A stretch of DNA of 62,862 bases, counting the filler, from Trichosphaerium sp. ATCC 40318 (lineage: Eukaryota; Protista; Tubulinea): NCBI GenBank assembly GCA_038496445.1. It is 4 parts of 4 records of this genome, joined end to end, with 100 filler letters (N's around TTAATTAATTAA, not from the genome) between each part and the next. Parts side by side here need not be neighbours in the genome. Positions count along the whole stretch, not along the records: positions 20,755 to 42,648 come from JALMLS010000023.1; positions 42,749 to 54,831 come from JALMLS010000054.1; 2 more parts are not named here. One strand, 5' to 3'. Positions 38,331 to 51,063 of this stretch are shown piece by piece. The translations under genes and the position numbers were made by a program. The notes below the pieces were generated by a model. It saw only the letters and a program-made list of their open reading frames with translations. It had not been told where the DNA came from and made no database searches. Within the stretch, counting starts at the first letter, position 1, and each line of letters begins with the position of its first letter.

Positions 38331-40981
38331 ATGGATGCGGCACAACTTTGCCGCGCCATACTGCAAAGGCTAAATAAATTTGAGCTTGATATACAAGACC
38401 TACGCAAAGGCCAGACTCAGATACTAGAGAGGTTGAGCGACGAACACTATCGCGTACGACATCAAAGAGTAATTCTATTCATGTTTTTGCGCTGAAACAG
38501 ATAATTTCAGAATGCGAATGATATTATTGTTGAAAAGAAGCCACCAAGCGTAAGATAACCATTTCAATAATTGTTTCGGAGGTTTGACAACTTTAGGTTA
38601 TCTTGGCCGAAGGGCGTGCTGAAAAGAGAGCTGATAACGAGCAAGAACTACGGCTGCGCGACTCCGGACCACGGCACGTGTTTTTTGTAGCGAGTAAATG
38701 ATAACATAGCGCAGATTGTCTTGTTTAACAGCAGAAAGACCCAAAATGCCTCACCGTCGTTTACCTACACGCAGAGGAATGAGAAACCAGTCTGAGGTAA
38801 CCGAACACGTGATAAATTTTGAATAACAAAAACAAACAAAAAAAAAAAGATTGCTCACGTTTTTTATTTTCTAGCCGCCATTGCCCTCATGGCGCATATC
38901 GACGCATGTGAGAAAACAGCCAATGAAAACTACTTCGCTAGAAGCTATGAGATTAAAAACTGCACAAAAAAAAATAGAAACAGAAAAGCCAGTAGAAGCC
39001 CTACCAGCAAAGTCACGTGACCAACGCAAAGAAGAAGATAAAAAACTAAACAACACCGATATTCAAGAGACAACAAAACGTGACTCTCCTGCTCACAGCC
39101 CTACAAAACAACCTACGCGCACTACAAGACAACCAAGAAGGAATCGTGGGGTTTCGTGTCCTCCAAAAGTCGGAAACAGAATTAAATCAATTTTTGGAAA
39201 GCTGAGTAAAGGCGGCAGAATTCCCCTTGGAGGATTTGTCGGCCAAGGTGCAGGTCCATATGGCCGCACACAAGTAAGTTTAGAATGCCGTTAGTGCCTT
39301 GTATAAATTATATTTAGCCAAAGACGTATGATAACGAAGAGCCAAGCGAACAAGAGGAAGAAGAGATAGTCATTGAAGAAATAGATGCAAGCGAAGAAAC
39401 CATAACATTCCAAGAACCCACTTCTTCCACCAAGAAAATTCAACTCACAGAGGCTCAAGAATTTGAATCGGATTCCACATTACCTTCTACTGCTGATTTA
39501 GTACCATCAGCAATTGACTTTGAACCTGAACCATCAGGTGAAAGCGATTCACCATCGGAGGAAGCCATTAGAAAACTTCGAGCAAAACTCACAAAATCCA
39601 AGAGTCCAAAATACCAGGCGATGCCTAGAAAGTCTGTTGTTGGCTTGTTTAAAAGCTGCTCTACGTCTATACACCAACTGACGCAATCACAAGAACCTGA
39701 TGACGCTATTGTCGCTGAACTCCGCAAAAAGATGAAAAACGACACGGGTTCATTGACAGAAGCAGAACAACAACAAATTATCGACAATGAAGATCCCGAC
39801 GAAGGTAGTGGTAAAGAAGAAATTATAGAGAATGCTCGAAATGCTCTATTTGCTTTAAAGAGTGTAATAGAAGGACAGAGAAAGTCCAAAGCGAAACTTG
39901 AAAAAGCTGAACAAGAAAAAGATGAAAAAGAACAAGATGAAGAAACATCAGAACAAGCTGTCATTGAGACAATAACTGTAGAAGAAGATGATGAAGCCAA
40001 AATTGAAAGAAGACCTTCCCTCAAGATGATATCACATAAGAAAATTTTGACATCGGAAAGAAAGTCACCAAACATGGGTGAAAAGAGAATATCAGAGAGA
40101 AAACTAAAGAGGAAGATGGGAGATAAAAAGCTCTCGGAGAAGAAACTTGGTGAGAACCTTGTTGAGAAAAACCCTCAGAAACGATCTTCTGATAAGAGTT
40201 TGGGGTCAAAGAAGGTTTCAGAAAAGAAGATTAAGCGGATGGGCGACAGGAAAGCATCAGAGAAGAGGTTGAAGAGACGATCTGTAAAAATAGATAAAAA
40301 CAGTGTAAAGGAGTCAAAGACACTCTTGACAGACGAAGAACGAAAGTTGATTGACAAGCAAATTGAAAAAGAAGAGCGTGAGCTTATGGCTAAAATGGCA
40401 CTTGAAGAGGACGAGCGCGTTAGGTTAATACGGGAGAAACTGGCCAAAGAAGAAAAAAAGTAAGAAACAAGGAACTTGACATAATTTTTTAATTGTTTTT
40501 AAAGGAAGCAGGAGCGCATACAACGCAGGCTTGAACAAAAAGCAAAAAATGAAGCCCTTGCAAGGAAATCTATAAGAGCACAACAGCAAAGAGAAAAGGA
40601 TAGGATGGAGACGATGGCGTTCCAGAAGAAAATCGAGGCAAAAGCAAAGCAAGAAAAGAAACCGAACTCAGGGACTACAAAGAATACAAACATACCGCGC
40701 AGGTACATCAAAAATACCTTCCCAAGTATAACGTAATGCTAAATTGATAATCCTAGGCCAATGAGAGAGAGGTCTAAATCGCACAGCAGAGACAACAGAT
40801 GTACATTAATGACAGTAAATTGAACTGATTTCTAACTCGTTTCATTTTAGTGCGATCAAAGATCAATGCTGGTGTGTCAAAAGAGAGCAAAGACAAAGGT
40901 GGAAAATCTCCTAGAGGACGCATGAAGAGGAAGTCTTCCAGGGTTAATGGTTTGATTAGTTTTTGGAATACCGACAAATGA
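38331..40981 (+). CDS. Large charged low-complexity/coiled-coil protein of unknown function
   Basis: Multiple spliced K/E-rich exons; RRLPTR motif; ends SSRVNGLISFWNTDK*. Confidence 0.6.
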
Positions 40982-41022
40982 GATAAAAATAAATCAGACA
41001 GATTTTGGGTTTTTTCAAGCAT

Positions 41023-42547
41023 TCATTCTTCATCTTTCTTGAACAAAAATTTCACTACATCATTGGAGGGTACAACAACAGTAATAGCCTCCTTATCAAA
41101 CACTGAAAAGTATTCTTTTCCTGCGTTGATTATAACACCAACTCCTCTGCTGTAAGCGTGTCCAAAAACATCTAAAATATTGTCAGTTTGGAGAGGAAAC
41201 AAGGGAGAAAAAAAAAAAGGGATATGTGAAACATACCGTCCATCTTAACTACACGCGTTTTCTTTTTGTTGTCAGTGTGCACTAAATGTGCGCCGAACCA
41301 AAGAGCATAACTTTCTGTTGTAAAGGCAACTATATTTTCATCCTGACCTCGAATCAAATCTATGTCATGTTCTTCCAAGTTTTCTTTGATTAATACATAG
41401 TAATTAAAACTGGCAGTCAATTTTCTTGTTGCCTAAATGAACAGAGATTAGTGCTCGTTCGCTACCATACACTACCATACCTCATCTTTTAAAGTGGGAC
41501 TGGCTCTTATTTGTGATTCAAGAAGAGTGCTAGAGGCATCCACTTTAAAATTAGAAAGCTATCATTTTCTATTAGTACACGTGATATCCTTTATGTCCTT
41601 TAAATTGCACCTCAGAGATCTGGCTACTGAACCTATGATTTGATCCAAAATCTATATGCAATGTAACGTCTTCTTTCTTGCTTTGTGCGTGTTGTACAAG
41701 GTACGGCCAAACTTCAAAAGCAAGTTTCTTTCCAGTCATAATTTGTAAATTCTTTGTACTTGCAAAGTCAGCAAACGAAACTACATCAAATATCCTTTAG
41801 TTGAATCCTAAGGTAACCATGAAACTCACCTGGAAATAAATCAAGTCCATCCAATTGTTTTTGCACTGCTTGGTACGCTTGTGTACTGGAAAAAGCGAAA
41901 TATAAATCTACAACGTGTCAGTCCTGTAAAAAAAGCCCAGTCATTTCAGCCCATTTTCTCGTACGTTTCTTTTCAAATGGCGTAAAAAGCGGTAGATCCT
42001 TCGTTCTTGATTGTAGCACTACCCAGCTATGCGTTTTATTAGAAAAAGAGCAAAATGTCAAGTCAACAATAACGTACCTTGGATACTTCGCTATTTCTCT
42101 ATGTACTTGCGTTCTGATGGAGTAGGCTAACCAAAATGCTTCATTGACACCCTCAACTCCTTCAGCAACCGTTATGTCCTACCTAATTAGCGCGTCATCG
42201 CTACAATATTGTAGTTACCTTCTTTAGCTGGTCTCGTGTAGCAATAACTTGCTTTGTTAACCTAACAATACTTAAACCATCGTCAAGCGCTCTCTGTATT
42301 AACGAAAACGCGTTTGACACTGTAGGTGCGACTTTTAAGTTTTCTGAGTTCATACCCCGTTTTTGATAGCTTGTGGGCGTTAACAATGGCTATTTAATGC
42401 GTAGGTACCCTTCTGTGTTTGTAAAGAATGCGCCAAATTACTATTTCTGAATTTCAAATAGTCTTCATCTTTGGGTTGTGGTAGTACTGAATCCGCTGTA
42501 GTATCAACAAATATCGTTCTATGAGAAATTCGAGTGCTCTTGGCCAT
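41023..42547 (-). CDS. Uncharacterised multi-exon protein; C-terminus weakly SseB-like
   Basis: Canonical short introns; IVAFTTE...GVGVIINAG. Confidence 0.55.
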
Positions 42548-42648
42548 AACACAACGCCTACTCCCTTGTAGAAGCATTTATTACGCTTTAACAGAGCCAA
42601 AGCAACAAGTAAACGGTTATACACAAGTCAAGTGATTCAGGTGGAAAA

Positions 42649-42748
42649 NNNNNNNNNNNNNNNNNNNNNNNNNNNNNNNNNNNNNNNNNNNNTTAATTAA
42701 TTAANNNNNNNNNNNNNNNNNNNNNNNNNNNNNNNNNNNNNNNNNNNN
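42649..42748. other. Artificial contig linker
   Basis: N44-TTAATTAATTAA-N44. Confidence 0.97.
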
Positions 42749-44233
42749 TTCTGATGCAATAACAAAACTAAAGCAAAAACTGGCAAATAAACAACATTCA
42801 CTCATTAAAGATGTAAATGACACTAAACCAAAACACAAAAACAGCCACTTTTGCATAGTTTAGCAACCTCAAAAAGTCTCAAATACCTACAGTGGTGGAA
42901 TTGGACAGCACGTGAATTGCATGTTTTGGGCACATTTATTTTTCATGCAAAAGGCACATTTTGGGCACTTTTTTTTCCACACAAAAGGCACATTTTGGAC
43001 ATGTTTTGGGCACGTTTTAGACACACATGTTGCACATTTTGGGCACACATAAAACACCACTTTATAGAGGGAAAGAAAATAACGATTTATTACAATACAT
43101 AACACATAATGATTACAAAGAGGTTTGATACAATTATTACAAACTTTACATAAAACTATCTCCACATAAATGACACCCAGTTTATATCAACCAACTTCAT
43201 GTTTTTGCCATTTTACCTGCTTTTTTTGCCAATTCTGCCTTATCATAAATACTTAAGCAAGAACTTACCTTAGTGGACAACAATAACCACGTGTGCTGTT
43301 TATTACATTTTATGTTTTCATAGTTCAAAATAAAGATCTTCATCCCATTTGTCTGAGCTTTCATCATCTGAATAATAGTTGTGTCTTTGCCTACTTGACC
43401 TACATATGGGTGGGGTTAGTAATTTTAACTGGTTATTGATATAAGTGTTTTTGGAGTTGGTAGGTGGTAAAGGGGGTGGATCTGGAGGTGGAGGTAAACC
43501 AGCACCCCAATCCTCCCATGTATCTTTAAAATCGACCATCCAATTAGCAGGTTTCCAGTAATGCCAACTTGTATAAACTTGTCTTCATCTGGTAATGATT
43601 CACATTGGGAATTGTCAATATTCAAGGCTACAAGAATGTTTTGTTGATTCATTACCTTGTGGGTGGTGGGAATTTCCTGATCATGTATGAATGAATTGCG
43701 ACATTTCCATATACAGTGCATAATGGAGCTTATATGAATTGCTTTTTCCTTATTAGTGGATACTTTGAGTGTATTTTCATTCCAACTATTGAGTCCAGTA
43801 GAAATGTGCTCAATAAGCATGTTGCCTATAGCCACTGCATAATCCCATTCAAAGAAAAGACAATGATGCTGAAGTGGGTACTGTGAGTCTGAATGCTTGA
43901 CTGGTAGTAGTTTTAGTAAAAAACGCCACAAAATATCACATGGCCTGCCATGGTTTGCGTTGTTTGTAAGGCAGCAAAAAAGTGACAGCAAGAGTACGGT
44001 GATCTGTGCCAGGGATACAAAACGTGTGAACACACTTAATTTTAGAGAGCCATTTTTGGTGGACAAAAATGTAATTGATACAGCTACGTGTACCTATAGT
44101 TGCAAGACGCGCTAGCGTATTGGTCATCATGGACATTAAAATCGCCCAAAACTATGTCAAAATTGGTGGCAAACCGCTTTAGCTCACACCATTGAGAACG
44201 ATAGAGCCAATTTTGGTGCGCACCTTAAGGAAC

Positions 44234-44601
44234 TTTTTTTTTTTTTTGCAAAAAAAGGTGGGTTTATTGTGCTGTGGACGACAATAACCACGCATGCAAT
44301 TAGGTTACATTAGGTTTTTACAAATCAAAGTATGGATCATCATCCCATTCATCTGAACTTTCATAGTTTGAGTAATAGTTGTGTTTTTTCCTTTTATTCC
44401 TAATAATGGGGGTTAAGTGGTTAGTAATTGAATTAATATAGGTGTTTTTAGAAGGTGTGGTTGGTAAAGGAGGAGGTTCAGGTGGAGGAGGTAATCCTGC
44501 ACCCCAGTCTTCCCAGGTATCAGTGATATCTGCCAACCAGCCAGTGGACTTCCAGAAATTACCAACATAAGTGAACTTTTCTTCATCTGGGGGGTTTTCA
44601 T
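44234..44601 (-). mobile_element. 5'-truncated copy of the same LINE inserted into its own APE region, with poly(A) and 15-bp TSD
   Basis: gcaccttaaggaact at 44220-44234 and 44602-44616; poly-T at 44234-44247; homologous to ~43270-43590. Confidence 0.8.
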
Positions 44602-44741
44602 GCACCTTAAGGAACTGGCCAAGAGATGAATCAATAAGCTCAATGGGCGAAGAGTTAAACAACATAGTGCCATTGCCTTTTTTGGTGCAATCACACGTGA
44701 ACCAACCTTTTCCAATCTTGCCTGTGTTAAGCTGTTTGCTA

Positions 44742-46046
44742 CAGTAGTAAAATCGGGAGTACGGATAATGTACGGGTAGAGTACGGGTCAAAAAGTACGG
44801 ATTCTGTACGGGTTTTGTACGGGTCGAAAGTACGGGTTACGTACAGGTTTAATCCGGGTCAAAAGTACGGAACCCGTACGGGTTGAGTACGGGTCAAAAG
44901 TACGGGTTCCGTACGGGTTGAGTACGGGTCAAAAGTACGGGTTCCGTACGGGTTTTGTACGGGTCAAAAGTACGGAACCCGTACGGGTTAGGTACGGGTC
45001 AAAAGTACGGAACCCGTACGGGTTAGGTACGGGTCAAATTATGTGTCGGCAGTTATAATTGTGTACACAAAATAGTAAAAACGATGGATTGGTTTATTGT
45101 TTTCTTAACTATTACAAGTACATTTACATTACAACACATTACAATACATTACATTACATTACAACCCCATTACCACTAAACGACCATGTTTTTGACCTGT
45201 TTGAGGAGATATTTTAGACATCATGCCTTAATTGTCCTAAAACCCAACTTAATATCCACAACTTAACGACTACTTCAGAAAAATGCTTGAAACCCATAAT
45301 CGCCTTTAAAAAGTGGTTTAATAGAGCTATTAGGCCATAATATCCTTAAACTACTCCAAATACATATTTTCTGTCGTTTTTGCCTAAAAATGGTGAGTTG
45401 ATCCCCAAACCATCATGAAACCATGCATTGTACCTAAATATACCTAATGCTACATTTTCTGAGCAGTTCGTACAGTCAGACCAAAGTTATTCAATAAAAC
45501 AACAAAATTCAGCAAAAAGCTACATTTTGCACTTTATTAAGTTTTCTCCTCTACTTTTTAAGTAAATGCCCTAATAACCTTAAAACACCCTCATCTATTA
45601 ATAATACATGTTTTTGTACCTTACGATTACAAGCTGCCATTTAATTGCAGTAATTTTTTTTTGGATTTTTTGATTGCCAAATCCAAACAAAATTTGATGG
45701 CCAAATTTTTTTTTTGATTGCAAGTGTATACTGATGGTTGTGGTTTTGGCACACATGTGATATATGTGTACACATACATTGTATGGAAAAAGAGGAGTAT
45801 ATTCTGTATCCAATTTTTCATATTATTTAATTGTACTCTACCCGTACGGATTCCGTACGTAACCCGTACGGGTAGAGTACGGGTCAACAATACGGAACCC
45901 GTACGGGTTAAGTATGGGTCAAAAGTACGGGTTCCGTACGGGTTTAGTACGGGTCAAAAGTACGGAACCCGTACGGGTTAAGTACGGGTCAAAAGTACGG
46001 GTTCTGTACGGGTTTAGTACGGGTCAAAATCCCGATTCCAGTACTG
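44742..46046. mobile_element. MITE with GTACGG tandem arrays and TA TSD, carrying an internal insertion (~45040-45830)
   Basis: TA|CAGTAGTAAAATCGGGA ... TCCCGATTCCAGTACTG|TA; removing it rejoins APE coding (HPLT-SKQLNTG). Confidence 0.85.
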
Positions 46047-47099
46047 TAGTTAGCGGATGGTAGTCTCGGTTAATGAAAGTAAGTTTATTTTTAAGTTGTT
46101 ACATGCTAAATGAGTTTTGCTGACGTTACAAAATCCCCTAGTGTTAGAGGTGGCTATGATAAAGTCAGCCATTAGATAGTTTAGGTTTTTTGCTAGCATC
46201 GGATTCCAAATGTGTGTTACTCTTGCGCTTGGCATAGTTGGCCAACTCAGTAGGTGTGAATAGTGTAACTTTGTCATACAGCTCATTGGCTTTCACGGCT
46301 TGTGAGCCGCTTGTGAATGGAATCATAACCATAAGACCTGCAGTGCCAAGACCATAAGGTACTGTGTTGTTGTGGTGTAAAATCGCAGGATAATGGTCGA
46401 TATCCAGAATGCACGCATTTGTGGGAAGGTTGAGCTCTTTGTTAATATACTGAACAAAAAAAAACATGTTGATGCCTAGCTTAGCGCAGAAAGCGCTGCA
46501 GAACTTGCAAAACCCAGTGTCGCCTAACCCACGACGAAGACCCTTGTGGAGTTATTGAGCCATAATATCCTTACTATTTTCTATCATTTTTGTGTTAAAA
46601 GGGGCACCAAACCCCAAACCATCATGAAACCATGCATCATACCTAACAGTGGGCCATACTTCATTTTTTAAAGGATTTGTACTAGTAGACCTGAGTTATT
46701 CATGAAAAATAGGAAAATCAAGAAATTTTGAATTGACCAAATTTCTATTAAAGACAGGTCATGGTTAAAACACACAAATGGCACATTTTGGGCATGTGTA
46801 TTTTGTCCGATTCCAACACTGTAGACAAATATGGAAAAAAGTGGTTGGAATAGACAGTGTTTATAAATTCAATGTGTACTTGTTTTCTATTTGGAGTATG
46901 GTTTGTGAAGACCCACACACTGGAAGAGGGTTTCTAGGAGTGGCAAATTGAGAGATAGATTTAAACTAAAGACAAACACTCCAAAATAGTATGTAGCTTT
47001 TATTTTTACTTTAACAAAGCATATTTTAGTTGAAGCAAAAAACAATTGTGTTTATTGAAACAAGCTACTTTTGACAAAGATTTGACTTTATGAGAAACT

Positions 47100-47650
47100 G
47101 TGTTTTTGGCATTTTGCAAAAGCAAATGCACTGTTTTTGCTTTGTATTAATGCTATTAGGCTTTCAAAGGATTGGCATTCGTCATGGCCTGACTTTGGAC
47201 ATCCTTATAGACTTGGTCTCTTTAACATGAACAATAAGCTTGAAACTCAATGGAAGCAATTCATGGCAATATTTGGTGCATTTGAGGTCACTCATACAAA
47301 AAAAAAACTGATTATGTTTTAGGTTTTTTGCAACACTGTTGTGGTATAACGTGATGCATGACAATTTTACCAGCCATTCTACTTCATCACTGTGGTACAA
47401 AACTTGATTGAGGCAACTGGAGTTTGTACAAACATTTGCAAGTCACTTGCAAAACTTAAAAATGATGAAATGGAGCCAGTAGTGAAATCGAGATTTTGAC
47501 ATGTACAATATATGTACTTCACACTTACTTTCGATTTTACTATTGGCACAAAGCAAAAGATTTGGTGTTAAAAGTGTAATTAAGCAGTAATACATGATCT
47601 GACTATTAAGCTGTGTTGTGTCACATTCTTTACTTCTTGTTAACACACAA
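47100..47650 (+). pseudogene. Possible decayed MULE transposase fragment
   Basis: NMNNKLETQWK resembles the MULE TNN..E catalytic motif; CpG-poor and interrupted. Confidence 0.35.
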
Positions 47651-47706
47651 GCATAGATTTTACCTACAGCAGTAAACTCAAAACTGTGATATTTTTTAGA
47701 TCTGAT

Positions 47707-47916
47707 CAGTAGTAAAATCAGGAGTACAGATAATGTATGGGTAGAATATGGGTCAAAAAGTATGGATCCTGTGTGGGTTTTGTATGGGTTGTAAGTACAG
47801 GACATGTATGGGTTTAATCTGTGTCAAAAGTCCAGAACCCATGTGGATTAGGTACAGGTCAAAAGTATGGGTTTTGAGCAAGTTAAATACAGGTCAAAAT
47901 CTCAATTCCAATACTG
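47707..47916. mobile_element. Old CpG-free copy of the GTACGG MITE
   Basis: Aligns to 44742 onward and to the right end of that element, with CG replaced by CA/TG. Confidence 0.85.
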
Positions 47917-48220
47917 CATATCCTTGATACCCAATACTCCTATTACATCCCACATATGTATCACTTTTTTTATTTTTTTATTGTAAAAAGTGAACCAATA
48001 CTGAAATATGCCTCCACTTGCTCTAAACCAATGTTATTTGACTTGGAGTGGAAATCTAACATATTTTCATTTTTGACAACCACAAAGGATATACTTGGAA
48101 ATGCCAGCCATGTGTTTTTTAGAGGTTCTATTGTCATGACCTCAAAGCACTTATGTGCCTTCAATTTCAACCCTAAACCAAACATGTATTTTTATTGAAT
48201 TATTACAATACAGATGTTAT

Positions 48221-50907
48221 TTATTGGAACCAAACAAAATAAATATCAGCAGCTACACATCCAAATAAACTCCAAACACTCCAAAATACAAGGGGAATAA
48301 ATGCAACAATCCAAGCAGCTGTGGTTTGCTGTTGTACCTTGGCACACCAGACAATCATCCAAATGAAAAAAGAAGCAAAAAACACAAATATACCAGTGTA
48401 CAATAAAGCAAGTTCAGTGATACTCAAATGAGATTCAAAACAGCAATATAATCCAATTGCAACGCCAGCACAAAATAACAGCCCAAAAATAATCCAAAAT
48501 GGAATGAAGACGGTGTACAAACTCCAACTAGCAGTCACACCTATGTGTTTTGTAAGACACGTAAAATAATAGTTGGTAATGGTGGTTGGTACCTTGAACA
48601 CGCAAAAAGATAAAAATCAGAAAGAAAAACCCAGGCACAAAGATCCCTGCAATTGCCAGCAATCGCACACAAAAATTGTTACCTTTGATACGAGAATTGC
48701 CACAGCCACCATAGAGCGGAACAGAGCAATAAAAGCAAAAAAGCAACCAAATTGGGATCCACACACCCCACCATCCAAATGAATGTGAAGTACCATCTCT
48801 AGATAACCACGTTGTTAGAAAACAGCAAGTGTGTGCCATACATAAAACGAGTAAAACGTACAACCCAAGCTTGACTGCTATCAAGACGAAGAATGCTAGA
48901 AAAAAGAAAAACGTGACCCAGACCAAGTCACGCATGAACCGAAAGTGGAAAACTACCTTCCAAAGTGCTAGCGGATACCCTAATGGTCCTGCTATGGAGA
49001 GAAAACATTTAGGATAACACGTGACAATACTTAAGCAGTATTACGTACACCACTCCAACTTTTTGTGAAAGTACAAGTGCAACACGTCATAGACACCAAC
49101 AATTGCTAAAAACTGAACAAATATGAGGTACCTACACAAATAACTTTGTTAACATATCTAGCACGTGCAAGAATAACATAAAAAAGTGCCATGCTAGTTA
49201 CCAGGGAATGAGTACCAAAGCCCAAGACGCTTTGATTGTGTCGTCTAATTTAAGTGGAATCAGCAAGATACCCAACATCAGCAGAACTACCGTGATGTAG
49301 TCGCTCACACGTGAAAACGTCGTCATTTTTAATATATCGAGACAACGTGCAGCTAAATAGAATTGCGGTTAATAGAAAGCGACAAAAGGGAACGATAAAA
49401 AAAATATTGTTGGTGGGTTACCTTTTTGTTTGAGTCTGTTATCTCGCAACTGCCTCTTTTGTTGTTGACGCTGTGCACGTTCAAGCTTCTCTTTGTTCAA
49501 TTGCTCCTGTTGCCAACGCTTGTATTCGAGATAATAGTTTTGTTTTGCTTCAGACCTCTCCCGTGTCAACTAAATTTGTCGTGTCAGCATCATCATACAT
49601 GAATAAAGAAAAAAGTTCCAATCAAGGGAGAGACCCAAACGCCGACCCGAAAAAACTTACGTCAGTAATATCACATCCCCACACTCGCGCTCGCTCTCTC
49701 CAAATGTCGTGGTGGTAACTAAAATGACTGAAGGCCTTGTTCACCTTTTTGGGATTGTAAGTGGTGATGTGATTGTACCGTTTAGACACGTGTCAAGAAC
49801 GAATTATTATGATTGTATTGAAAACAGTACAACCGAAATTTTGGTTATAAGACTTGCCTGAGCAGCGCGACCAATACTGTAGATATCAAGGTAAGACCAT
49901 ATTTGCAGGACAACCTCTTGTGGTAAGAGCCTATGAAAATCCATGTTCAACTTGTGCTTGTCTTGGTGAGGCACATTTAAATTGTTGTCAATCGTCACGA
50001 TAACATCAGAACTGTAGCATATCGCACTGTTAACAATAATAACCACCAGGTTTCTAGTAACATTATGTACCCGTCTTCCGATTCAGATACTTGTATCGGT
50101 TCAAACGCATTGATGTCTATTGAGTATTTGGACAAGGCTCCCTTTAAAAGAGCGGTTAGAGACACAAGTTGCCGCAAAAAACTCGAAAATGGTAAAAAAT
50201 AGAATAAAGTACTAATACGTACGATGATGGGGCTTTGTTTGTATTTCTTTCTCTTCTTGTCGCTTTTTTCTTTGAGCTTGACGGTCTTTGCTGGTTTTTC
50301 AAAATCGTCCGAGCTTGAATCCGCCCGTGCTACACGCTAGATCCACGGTTTATTTTAGCGTGCTGTTTGCCGTGTTTTCATGTCAGTACCTCATCTGCGT
50401 GAGAGATCTGCATGGAGTCTGGTGGCGTCAGAGCACTCATAACTTTCAATTTTTTTGCGCTTTTACTCTGCTTGGACGCTTTAACAGACTGTTTACGTCG
50501 CTTTTTTGAAGGCTTCTTTGACTTTTTGGGTACAAGATGTGCAGACGGCGATTCGTGCGTAGGTTCAATAACGCCCACATTTGTCCCTGATTCACGCTCA
50601 CTACATAGTGTTATTATTATCCGCGGGATGTAACTGCGATACAACATCGACACACACGATGTCATTATTTACTGTTAACGACACTGGGTTCATATACGCA
50701 CCTTGAGAGATTGGTTTCAGACAGTTCCACCTAAAAACGCATGAGAAAGGCAAAAGTGTAACGCGCTACTAACCACACTAGTTCGTGTCTTGGACTCTGT
50801 TGAACTATTAGATACGTCCGAGGCCTAAAAGTAGGTTACGAAACGGAAAAAGAACAAAGAGTAAAACGTCAACTAAAACCTAAAATTAATCTCACCTCTT
50901 CAGACAT
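48221..50907 (-). CDS. F-box + TMEM185 (Fragile-X-F-like) multi-pass membrane protein
   Basis: LLPQEVVLQIWSYLD; repeated LKLD....SWALVLIP / WWGVWIPIW / LYTVFIPFW / WIVAFIPL. Confidence 0.7.
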
Positions 50908-51063
50908 GATGCTTCTATGACTTACTTGAGATAGCGCAGGCGAAATTTGTTGAAAGAGGTATTTTGGTTAAGGGACAATGAAAAACAAAATATATCCCTT
51001 TTTTTCATGCGTACGCGATAAAAACACGTGTCACTCCGCCATTTCACGCTTCAAACGAACGAA

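Larger units (their letters stand above)
43270..46552 (-). mobile_element. Decayed, internally deleted L1/Tx1-like non-LTR retrotransposon (ORF1 end, APE endonuclease, zf-RVT; RT missing)
   Basis: ORF1 ...KLSNG* overlaps ORF2 MADFIIATSNTRG...LTET; LGDFN, CINYIFV, TDH; WRFLLKLLP, IWKCRN. Confidence 0.75.
42890..46821. mobile_element. Outer non-autonomous TIR element (MITE) with TA duplication, enclosing nested insertions
   Basis: TA|CAGTGGTGGAATTGGAC ... GTCCGATTCCAACACTG|TA; ggcacattttgggca motif near both ends. Confidence 0.7.

Noticed and set aside
730-42547. Alternative genetic code to explain fragmented ORFs
   Set aside because: Short canonical introns explain the breaks; TAA and TGA clearly terminate host genes and TAG ends other ORFs
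44760-46030. GTACGG arrays as CRISPR, iterons or telomere
   Set aside because: No unique spacers; bounded by TIRs and TA duplication, so subterminal MITE repeats
46470-46550. GC-rich segment as HDV-like ribozyme at LINE 5' end
   Set aside because: Could not build the nested pseudoknot; it reads in frame as ORF1 (KGLRRGLGDTGFCKFC)
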